In this document: positions 56,876 through 64,000 of the stretch, one piece after another | Layout: each line of letters starts with the position of its first letter | Numbering within the stretch: the first letter of the stretch is position 1 | Source: Candidatus Moraniibacteriota bacterium | GTDB lineage: Bacteria > Patescibacteriota > Minisyncoccia > Moranbacterales > UBA1568 | Assembly: GCA_030648835.1 (NCBI GenBank) | Contig: JAUSGT010000002.1 | Span: 565,458 to 629,457, forward strand | Direction of reading: 5' to 3' | Length of the DNA: 64,000 nucleotides | The notes under the pieces: model-generated | What the model saw: only the letters and a program-made list of their open reading frames with translations | What the model was told of the DNA's origin: nothing | Database searches by the model: none | Translations under genes and position numbers: made by a program

Positions 56876-58537
56876 TTAATTCTTCTTCCTCTCGCTAGCG
56901 GCTTTGACGAAGGCGACAAAGAGTGGGTGCGGATAAAGGAGAGAGGATTGAAACTCCGGATGGAATTGCGTGCCGAGGAAAAACGGGTGTTTCTCTTTTG
57001 GCAGTTCGCAAATTTCCATGAGGACACCATTGGGCGACGTGGCGGAGAAGACCAATCCGGCTTTTTCCAAATCCTCCACATAGGCCGGATTCACTTCGTA
57101 GCGATGACGATGGCGTTCCAGAACGCTGTCTTTGCCATAGGCGGCGCTGGCAATCGTATTCGGTCGGATTTTTGCTTCATAATGCCCAAGGCGCATCGTC
57201 GCCCCATAATTTTTCTTGCGCAGATTCTCTTTTTGCTCCGGCATAATATCCACTACCGGATGAGCTGTTTGTTGATCAATTTCCGTTGTGAGGGCATCAG
57301 TCAGCCCCAAAACATTTCTGGCGTATTCGATCACGGCCAACTGCATACCATAGCACAGACCGAAGTAGGGTATGTTGTTTTCACGGCAAAAGCGCACCGC
57401 TCTGATTTTCCCTTCCACACCTCGGCTTCCGAAACCACCCGGAATAAGAACTCCGCCATATTTTTTTAGGCGTAACAACTTTTTCTTATCTTTTTCAAAA
57501 TCTGTACTGTCGATCCAGTCCAACACCACCTTCACTCCTCCCGCACATCCGGCGTGTTTGAGAGCCTCGATCACACTGATATAAGCATCGGAGAGCACGA
57601 AGTCCCCGGTCTTAAAATATTTTCCTACAATCCCGATGTGAACTTTGTTTGTGGCGCCCTGAATACGTTTGACGGCCTTTTCCCATTCACGAAGAGTACC
57701 GTTTTGTTTTTTGGCTTTCAGGTTGAGTTTCCGGAGCAAAATATCGCTCAAATGGTCTTTCTCAAAGTTGAGTGGCACGGCATAAATACTCTCGACATCC
57801 GGCGCGCTGATGACATCTTCCTTACGAACACTGCAAAAGACAGCGATTTTCTCCTTGCGCTTCTCATCCAGCGGTCGCTCCGCCCGAGCGATAATAATTT
57901 CCGGCTGAATACCGGTACCGTTCAACATACGGACAGCGTGTTGAGTCGGCTTGGTTTTCATCTCCCCAACCGTCGAAGGCGTCGGTATATAGCTGACAAT
58001 GACGGTAATAACATCCTCCGGACTTTCGATCTTCATCATTCGAACGGCCTCCAAAAAAAGGATATTTTCATATTCTCCCACCGTTCCGCCAATTTCGATG
58101 ATTGCCACATCGGCAGCGCTCTTTTCGGCAGCCAGCTTGATACGATTGATAACTTCGAGCGGAATATGCGGTACGACTTGGACGCACTTGCCTTCGTATT
58201 CGAGGTTACGTTCCCGCTCAATGACCGTCCGATACACAGAGCCGGTGGTCATATAATTTCCCCGATCCAGTTCGATATTGAGAAAACGCTCGTAATTTCC
58301 CATATCCTGGTCGGTCTCATACCCGTCTTTCAGGACAAAGACTTCTCCATGCTCGGTCGGATTCATCGTTCCGGCATCCACATTGATGTAGCAATCGATC
58401 TTGAACGCCGTCACGTTCAAACCCCGGGATTGCAAAATCTTCCCAATAGAAGACGTCGTGACCCCTTTACCCACGCCGCTCATCACGCCTCCGACTACAA
58501 AAATGTACTTCGTCTGCTTGGTTTTGGTATTAGCCAT
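56876..58537 (-). CDS. pyrG: CTP synthase
   Basis: YIFVVGGVMSGVGKG synthase domain and C-terminal glutamine amidotransferase (GLCYGMQ). Confidence 0.9.
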   Translation of the reverse strand: MANTKTKQTKYIFVVGGVMSGVGKGVTTSSIGKILQSRGLNVTAFKIDCYINVDAGTMNPTEHGEVFVLKDGYETDQDMGNYERFLNIELDRGNYMTTGSVYRTVIERERNLEYEGKCVQVVPHIPLEVINRIKLAAEKSAADVAIIEIGGTVGEYENILFLEAVRMMKIESPEDVITVIVSYIPTPSTVGEMKTKPTQHAVRMLNGTGIQPEIIIARAERPLDEKRKEKIAVFCSVRKEDVISAPDVESIYAVPLNFEKDHLSDILLRKLNLKAKKQNGTLREWEKAVKRIQGATNKVHIGIVGKYFKTGDFVLSDAYISVIEALKHAGCAGGVKVVLDWIDSTDFEKDKKKLLRLKKYGGVLIPGGFGSRGVEGKIRAVRFCRENNIPYFGLCYGMQLAVIEYARNVLGLTDALTTEIDQQTAHPVVDIMPEQKENLRKKNYGATMRLGHYEAKIRPNTIASAAYGKDSVLERHRHRYEVNPAYVEDLEKAGLVFSATSPNGVLMEICELPKEKHPFFLGTQFHPEFQSSLLYPHPLFVAFVKAASERKKN

Positions 58538-58619
58538 AAAATATGTTTACAGAGAAAAAGCCGCTGTTCCGGATGGAGAAAGAAAAGCGGCTCTTTTTAA
58601 ATATACTTTTGAAAGGCCA

Positions 58620-59057
58620 TTATTCGGCCTCGATCACCACCGAAAATGTGGCCTTCACATCATGTCCGAAATCAGCCTCCACCGGAAACGTTCCCACAAC
58701 TTTCAATGGCTTTTCCAGTACAATAAATTTTGCATCAATGGTCATACCCGTCGCCTGCAAAGACAGCGCGATTTCTTCGCGTCCGACAGAACCGAATAGT
58801 TTGTCTTTTTCCGCTTTCGACTTGATTGTCACTGACTTGCCTTCCAATTCCGCGGCTTTCATTTTGAAATCAGCCACCGTTCCTTCGAGCTCTTTGTGAC
58901 GTTTGGCGATCAACCGCTCTGTCTGTTTCACGGCTTGCGGCGTCGCGAATTCCGCCAGACCTTGCGGTAACAAAAAATTGAACCCGTAACCGTTACGGAC
59001 TTCTTTGACATCGCCTGCTTTCCCAAATCTTTCCACATCCTGGAGAAGAATAACTTT
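58620..59057 (-). CDS. rplI: 50S ribosomal protein L9
   Basis: MKVILLQDVERFGKAGDVKEVRNGYGFNFLLP is canonical bL9. Confidence 0.8.
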   Translation of the reverse strand, partial: KVILLQDVERFGKAGDVKEVRNGYGFNFLLPQGLAEFATPQAVKQTERLIAKRHKELEGTVADFKMKAAELEGKSVTIKSKAEKDKLFGSVGREEIALSLQATGMTIDAKFIVLEKPLKVVGTFPVEADFGHDVKATFSVVIEAE

Positions 59058-59186
59058 CATAGTCGTATCATTCAGCATCTTTGATTACCTGCCCAGTCTA
59101 GCCTAGAAGAAGTTTTTTGACAACCCCCGTTACATGTTCAAATTATTGAGAACAAAAAAAGAACCGTGCAAATACCTAGGTGGTAC

Positions 59187-59555
59187 TCACACGGGTTGAA
59201 CCTTGATTTTGGCCTTCTGCCGCTTGATTCTAGCCTTGCGGCGCTTGATTCTGTACTTGTATAGGTGCTGATAGCAGGTACCGCAGCGTCCGAGTGCCTG
59301 GATAAGCTTGGTTTCCCCACATTCGTCACACACTCCAATCCTGCTTTTCTGGTAACACTGTGGGCAGATGGGCTGGCCAAACTTGTCGCGGGTATGTACC
59401 ATTCTCAGCTTGCCACACTGGGAACATTTTTCGTGACCGGCTTTTTTCCAGTAACGGGCCCGCTGGTGACAAGACTTGCAAACGGGCCGCTTGGTCTTCT
59501 GATCTTTATAGACAGTTTTGTACTGCTTGCAACTACCCTGACATCTACCTTTCAC
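59187..59555 (-). CDS. Hypothetical basic protein with three CxxC...CxxC zinc-ribbon units
   Basis: CKSC..CSQC..CPQC..CDEC..CGTC pattern, Lys/Arg-rich C-terminal tail. Confidence 0.4.
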   Translation of the reverse strand: MKGRCQGSCKQYKTVYKDQKTKRPVCKSCHQRARYWKKAGHEKCSQCGKLRMVHTRDKFGQPICPQCYQKSRIGVCDECGETKLIQALGRCGTCYQHLYKYRIKRRKARIKRQKAKIKVQPV

Positions 59556-59776
59556 GGCTACCTCCTTTCGATGGCTGGATTTGGGAAAGAGCGAAGCTGA
59601 ACCAAATTTTTGATTTGACTCCCTACCCTACTCTCTTTCATCTATCCCGTCAACCAAGAAAAAGAAAAATCGCTTATGCATGATAAACAGAGAGGGATAC
59701 CTCTAAACGGTGCTTTCTATACTTTTTACTGCGTTCGTTTTTTGTGGGTCTAAACAAAATCCTTGCCAGAAAGAAA

Positions 59777-60031
59777 CTATTTCCACTCTCCATGAATTAA
59801 CTTCTCTTTTTTCTCCCTACTCCAACCCTTTATTTGTGCCTCTCGCTTTCTGGCTTCTGATTTACCTGGGAATACATTCGATACATAGACAAGCTCAAAC
59901 GGTCCCTGCTCGATAGCCATACGTGCTCCCTCGCCTGTATTGTGTTTCTCTATCCTTTTTAATGGGTCGTTGGTAATGCCAGTGTAATATCTCCCAGTCT
60001 TCGCCTGTGCGATGTAAGTATACCAACTCAT
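59777..60031 (-). CDS. GIY-YIG nuclease family protein (small)
   Basis: WYTYIAQAKTGRYYTGITNDPLKRIEKHN matches the GIY-YIG core. Confidence 0.6.
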   Translation of the reverse strand: MSWYTYIAQAKTGRYYTGITNDPLKRIEKHNTGEGARMAIEQGPFELVYVSNVFPGKSEARKREAQIKGWSREKKEKLIHGEWK

Positions 60032-60046
60032 ATAAAGTTCTTCTTC

Positions 60047-60148
60047 AAAATATGCCCTTCGACAAGCTCAGGGTACTTCGCCTCGCTCCTCAGTTTACAC
60101 TAAATAAACAATTTTGGTCGAGGTGGTTTACACTGAGCGAGCATAGCG
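60047..60148. repeat. Imperfect palindromic repeat element (copy 3, divergent) abutting tRNA-Ala
   Basis: CTTCGAC..CTCGCTCCTCAG / CTGAGCGAG..GTCGAAG arms. Shares the CTGAGCGA/TCGAAG core with copies 1 and 2. Confidence 0.5.
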
Positions 60149-60219
60149 AGTCGAAGTGTGGACCTGGGGAGAATCGAACTCCCGCCTCCGCAATGCGAAT
60201 GCGGCGTACTACCACTTTA
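60149..60219 (-). tRNA. tRNA-Ala (anticodon CGC)
   Basis: Acceptor GGGCCTG/CAGGTCC (one G-U pair), anticodon stem CCGCA/TGCGG with loop TTCGCAT, T-arm GGGAG TTCGATT CTCCC. Confidence 0.75.
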
Positions 60220-60317
60220 CTACAGGCCCTTTAAATAGAATCAGGAATCTTGATTTATGAATTATGAATGATGATAAATTCCAAAACAGACGAATTTTAG
60301 CATAAATAAAGGAAAAG

Positions 60318-60797
60318 TCAACCAATATCATCAAGGTTTTTGACTTTCAAAATTTCTTTTTCTAGGATAACATCCCCCGCGCCGAAAAGAAATTTGGTGC
60401 GGAATTTCTTGCCCGAGAGAAAAATCGGCATCCAAAAACGATCATCCGGCCACATCGTATCGTAGGGAATATCCGCAAATGCAAACCACTCCGGCCGCAT
60501 CTCTTCCGTCTCGATCGGCTCGCCGGAAAAAGTATCTGCACGAAAAACATGCACCTCCAGAATTTCTTCCATTTTATTCTCAAACTGAAACTCGTTAATG
60601 GCTACTTGCTCCATATTCCGAATAACAATACCGCACTCTTCTAGTGTTTCTCGCTTCGCGGCCTCCTCGATAGTTTCTCCGGATTCAACTTTCCCACCGA
60701 AACCATTCCATTTGCCCACTCCGAATCCGCGCTTCTTCATCCCGAGTAATATGTTCCCATCCTGGATAACCAAACACAACGTCAAGACCTTGCGCAT
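60318..60797 (-). CDS. NUDIX hydrolase (MutT-like)
   Basis: Nudix box GGKVESGETIEEAAKRETLEECGI. Confidence 0.7.
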   Translation of the reverse strand: MRKVLTLCLVIQDGNILLGMKKRGFGVGKWNGFGGKVESGETIEEAAKRETLEECGIVIRNMEQVAINEFQFENKMEEILEVHVFRADTFSGEPIETEEMRPEWFAFADIPYDTMWPDDRFWMPIFLSGKKFRTKFLFGAGDVILEKEILKVKNLDDIG

Positions 60798-61023
60798 AAG
60801 CCTACTTCCGAGAATTATATTTTTTTATTAATTCCACATTATTTGTTGAATTACTCTTTTCAGTGTATACTCGAGATGCGAGGATGAGACAAGGTTATGT
60901 CAAGGGAGAGTGTGTCGGTATCTGAACAGATACCACTATAAAAATAACATTTTTTATATACCAACACCCCCTTCCCCATTTCCATCCATCCTCGCTCTCC
61001 CTCCTCTTCATGAGGTTTTTTTG

Positions 61024-61488
61024 TTACCACAAAGCGAAAATCACGCTCATCACAAGCATTGAAACCAGTGGGTAGCAAGTGTCGATAGCCCACAGCTTCT
61101 TGGATTTCCCCGTGAACAAGGTATTGATAAATGACGTCGTCGCGATGAACCCCAGCCACGCGATGAAACCGATTTGCAGAGCATCCGCGACCGTTTCCAC
61201 AAAAAACATTCCCATAAAATATGCCAACGCGTATGCCATAATGAGCGCCCCCAGCACGGTGAATGCCCATGTTCTTTTCATACTTTGCTGCCGCTCTTCC
61301 CACGCTGCTTTTCCCTCTACCGTATCCACATTGAACCCCATAAGCGAAATCCAGGCCTTTCCGAAGAAAACCGGCGAATACCACACAAACCCGATGAACA
61401 TATGGGCTACCGCCGCGACCAGCACCGCCCAAATATTTACTTCTATCGGTATCATACCCGGTAGTGAAATTTCGACAATCTCTCCCAA
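61024..61488 (-). CDS. Hypothetical integral membrane protein
   Basis: Four predicted TM helices. No catalytic motif. Confidence 0.35.
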   Translation of the reverse strand: MGEIVEISLPGMIPIEVNIWAVLVAAVAHMFIGFVWYSPVFFGKAWISLMGFNVDTVEGKAAWEERQQSMKRTWAFTVLGALIMAYALAYFMGMFFVETVADALQIGFIAWLGFIATTSFINTLFTGKSKKLWAIDTCYPLVSMLVMSVIFALW

Positions 61489-61581
61489 AAAAATTGTCAG
61501 AATGTTTCATTATTATTTGATTATACTATATCCGACTTGATCACCTCGCTACTCGAATTCAAAGTCCCGGTCGAAATTCTA

Positions 61582-62043
61582 CTACCGGGCATAATTTTTT
61601 TCTTCCCAGCCGAATTCGGCATAACGTGTTCCAGAGACGTAACATTCAATAGCTGTCCGGATATAGGGTACGATATTTTCTGGAAGTTCCGTTGGCAGAA
61701 ACCACTTCAAATCATCACATTTATCCGGCTCCATATTTTTGATTTCACCTTCCCAAACATCCGCCTTGAAAAAGAAATCCGCTCTTTCATGATCTCCACA
61801 CCAGCGGTGCATAGTCAGCACCAGTTCAAGCTTCGACAGATCGAGACGGATGCCGGCTTCTTCCTGTACCTCTCGGCGCAAGGCCTCGCGCAGAGTCTCC
61901 CCGCCATCAGCATGCCCGGCCACCATGCTGTACTTCCCGTCTTCATAGCCGGTTTGAAAGCGTCGCGACAGCAAAATTTTTCCCTCTTTTTCCAAGATAA
62001 GATACACCGACGGAATAAGTTTGAAACGCTCTTCTCGTTTCAT
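61582..62043 (-). CDS. NUDIX hydrolase
   Basis: Nudix box AGHADGGETLREALRREVQEEAGI. Start set at MKREERF, overlapping the upstream small ORF by 4 nt. Confidence 0.65.
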   Translation of the reverse strand: MKREERFKLIPSVYLILEKEGKILLSRRFQTGYEDGKYSMVAGHADGGETLREALRREVQEEAGIRLDLSKLELVLTMHRWCGDHERADFFFKADVWEGEIKNMEPDKCDDLKWFLPTELPENIVPYIRTAIECYVSGTRYAEFGWEEKNYAR

Positions 62044-62312
62044 ACAGTAGATTTCTTTTCCAGACAATATTTTATCCACATTCTCTTGAAGAATGGCATC
62101 GTGAGCGTAGAGAGCATAAAGCCAATCGTTGGAACAACGGCATTTACCCACGGCTGAGCAACACCGATTACTCCCAAGAATAAACCGATTACCACATACG
62201 TAAACACCGCAATCAAGGCTTTTCTGGTCAAACTACCTTCCCATGCCTTGTCGGCCTCAACTTTCACGTTCCGCTCTTCGATTTTCTCGATTCTTTGCTC
62301 CAAAGTATCCAT
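62040..62312 (-). CDS. Hypothetical small membrane protein
   Basis: 90 aa, two TM helices. Apparently coupled to the downstream NUDIX gene by an ATGA overlap. Confidence 0.35.
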   Translation of the reverse strand: MDTLEQRIEKIEERNVKVEADKAWEGSLTRKALIAVFTYVVIGLFLGVIGVAQPWVNAVVPTIGFMLSTLTMPFFKRMWIKYCLEKKSTV

Positions 62313-62327
62313 AGTGTTGTCTCCTTT

Positions 62328-62714
62328 TTACAATGCGCGTTTTCTATACGCTTTCTTAATACGCCAGTAAGTACTTTCCGTTCCCGGCTCTTTACTGGTA
62401 TTTTTCTTCATCAGCTTGGCTGGATACTTCTTTTGCACGAGTGAAAGCTTGGTTCGGATGATTTTTTCCGTATCAAACCCCAAAAGTATAGACATCTCTA
62501 TACAGTAAATGAGCACGTCAGCTAATTCTTTTTTTATGGCTTCCATTTTCTCCTTATTTTTCTTCACCTCTGCCAACTCAAGATTTTCCCATTGGAATAT
62601 TTCGAGTAGTTCGGCACCCTCGATCATAATAGATTTCGCCACATCAGACGGCCGGAGATTATCCCAGCCACGATCCTTCAAATGCTTATAGATTTTCTTT
62701 TCCAAGTCTTTCAT
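62328..62714 (-). CDS. MazG-like nucleotide pyrophosphohydrolase (all-alpha NTP-PPase)
   Basis: EGAELLEIFQWE...ELADVLIYCIEMS carries the EExxE/D metal-binding signature. Confidence 0.55.
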   Translation of the reverse strand: MKDLEKKIYKHLKDRGWDNLRPSDVAKSIMIEGAELLEIFQWENLELAEVKKNKEKMEAIKKELADVLIYCIEMSILLGFDTEKIIRTKLSLVQKKYPAKLMKKNTSKEPGTESTYWRIKKAYRKRAL

Positions 62715-62739
62715 ATTTAGTTGCTATGACCCTCCTTCG

Positions 62740-63210
62740 CTAAAGCTTCGGACGGGCGCAGCACTTTTTAAACCGAACGCTTGATCCACAAAGGCACAAA
62801 GGATCGCTATCAAAATAGTTTTGTGTCGATATAAAAAGAGGAGTCGGAAGCTGATTCATAGAAAACCAGCGGATAGCATCACAGTACTCCGGTTCCATAA
62901 TTTTTGGCACCCCTTTATAGCCTTTTGCACACATCGATATTGTAATGTAGTGTTTTCCTTCCTCTTCGAAGATATCATTGGTGACACCTACGACTGTCAA
63001 ATCATCCACAGCAAGATCAGACTCTTCTTTGGCTTCCCGTTTCGCGCACTCTTCGAAACTTTCACCAAATTCCAAGTGACCGCCGGGTGCACACCAGGTA
63101 TCGGCACCATGCGCTCCTTTTCTCCGAAGCAGTAACAGTTCGTTCTTGTCATTGAGAATATATACTCCCAAACCAACTTTTGGTCTTTTGTTTTCCGGAT
63201 GCTGTGCCAT
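62740..63210 (-). CDS. NUDIX hydrolase with C-terminal SEC-C metal-binding motif
   Basis: Nudix box GGHLEFGESFEECAKREAKEESDL, ending CLCGSSVRFKKCCARPKL. Confidence 0.65.
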   Translation of the reverse strand: MAQHPENKRPKVGLGVYILNDKNELLLLRRKGAHGADTWCAPGGHLEFGESFEECAKREAKEESDLAVDDLTVVGVTNDIFEEEGKHYITISMCAKGYKGVPKIMEPEYCDAIRWFSMNQLPTPLFISTQNYFDSDPLCLCGSSVRFKKCCARPKL

Positions 63211-63245
63211 AATATTTTCCTATTTCATTTCCACGCCAACACAAA

Positions 63246-63467
63246 TTACTCATCTCTATACTCGAACCTCAGCGTTTTCTTTCCATCAATCTCAACACTT
63301 TCCATAAACATTTTCAGCGGTCGCACCCATAAATCATGGTTTCCATAGAGTGCTCGATACACTACCAATTCTTCGAGTGTTTCACTGTGTTGAGCCATAC
63401 CAATCACTTCGTATTCTTTCCCTTTATAATGCTTGTACTTTCCTATTTTCACTTCGTTATTTTCCAT
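63246..63467 (-). CDS. DUF1653 family protein
   Basis: YKHYKGKEYEVIGMAQHSETLEELVVYRALYG...WVRP matches DUF1653. Confidence 0.5.
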   Translation of the reverse strand: MENNEVKIGKYKHYKGKEYEVIGMAQHSETLEELVVYRALYGNHDLWVRPLKMFMESVEIDGKKTLRFEYRDE

Positions 63468-63472
63468 AGATA

Positions 63473-63874
63473 TTATTCTATTTCCAATTCCTTGAAGCCG
63501 GTACTCTTGTCGTAAGTCCTCTTGTAGGAAACATCCTCAAATATCCCTATGACAATTTCCGCCGTATATTTCACCTTGCAACCGTCTTTGAGATGGCCGC
63601 CAATCACTTTGCCCTCTTTGTCGGATACCGCAACATGTATATGACAACCATCTTCCGAGATCGTCCCCGTACCGGATACGATTTCAAACGGCTCATCCCA
63701 TTTCTTCACTGTCTGATTATCTGGTTCTGACCCAGCCATTCGAAGTACAGCATTTTCCAAACCACCTACGATAGACAACAAAACGCCGGCCTGAATATGG
63801 CTCTCTACCGCTCTTTTTTCAATCTCTTCTTTCAAAAGTTGACCTGGCTGTAATCGGAATGTCAATTGTCTCAT
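63473..63874 (-). CDS. PPC (DUF296) domain-containing protein
   Basis: FRLQPGQLLKEEI...AGVLLSIVGGLENAVLR...HIHVAVSD...GGHL matches the PPC domain. Confidence 0.55.
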   Translation of the reverse strand: MRQLTFRLQPGQLLKEEIEKRAVESHIQAGVLLSIVGGLENAVLRMAGSEPDNQTVKKWDEPFEIVSGTGTISEDGCHIHVAVSDKEGKVIGGHLKDGCKVKYTAEIVIGIFEDVSYKRTYDKSTGFKELEIE

Positions 63875-64000
63875 AACGGATACACATTTACTTTTTGTAG
63901 TAAGACTGTAAGAGTACTTTTGTCGTGATTGCGTAAATATTACCCTTATTTATAATTTTTATAAAAATTTGAATTTTTCTCGCAAAAGACTTTCATGCAA

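Noticed and set aside
57554-58600. 348-aa plus-strand ORF
   Set aside because: Antisense to pyrG (CTP synthase), which is unambiguous.
1-64000. CRISPR array or cas genes
   Set aside because: No regularly spaced 25-40-bp direct repeats were found on reading the window. The only Cas4-like protein (15648-16820) has no adjacent array.

Overview
This 64 kb window is dense, mostly housekeeping bacterial sequence with small proteins and short intergenic regions, consistent with a reduced genome; a Patescibacteria/CPR-like organism is an inference only. About 75 CDS, 3 intact tRNAs plus one tRNA fragment, no rRNA and no CRISPR array.

Recognisable gene blocks, in order:
- Cell-envelope genes: GT1, LCP, GT2, CtpA.
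- An orphan groES with a consensus sigma70 promoter and no groEL.
- priA-def-fmt.
- thpR, a TagA-family glycosyltransferase, gltX, an M23/EnvC-like peptidase.
- A divergent GGDEF cyclase and Cas4-like PD-(D/E)XK nuclease pair.
- A PurH-like protein carrying only the AICARFT domain.
- prfB (with the programmed +1 frameshift)-ftsE-ftsX.
- A tRNA cluster followed by a GC-richer TyrA-like gene.
- A DsbA / membrane protein / thioredoxin-like ferredoxin module.
- hrcA-grpE-dnaK with a perfect CIRCE operator.
- yidD, corA (noncanonical AMS motif), cysS, dnaB, recR, rplU, alaS.
- ftsA followed by a 639-aa bitopic protein instead of ftsZ.
- pfkB-eno, pgk, mraY, dacA, scpAB, rpmA, pyrG, rplI.
- A 3' block of four NUDIX hydrolases plus a MazG-like pyrophosphohydrolase.

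Most notable unexplained structure:
1. A GC-rich island (34.4-35.3 kb) of translationally coupled small basic Cys-rich ORFs with strong Shine-Dalgarno sites.
2. A family of imperfect palindromic MITE/REP-like repeats sharing a CTGAGCGAAG...CGAAG core (3 copies, one abutting a tRNA).
3. A perfect 19-bp inverted repeat bracketing the rpmA promoter.
4. A 7-bp tandem repeat inside the tagA-like CDS.
5. An unusually long AT-rich convergent intergenic spacer next to the GGDEF gene.
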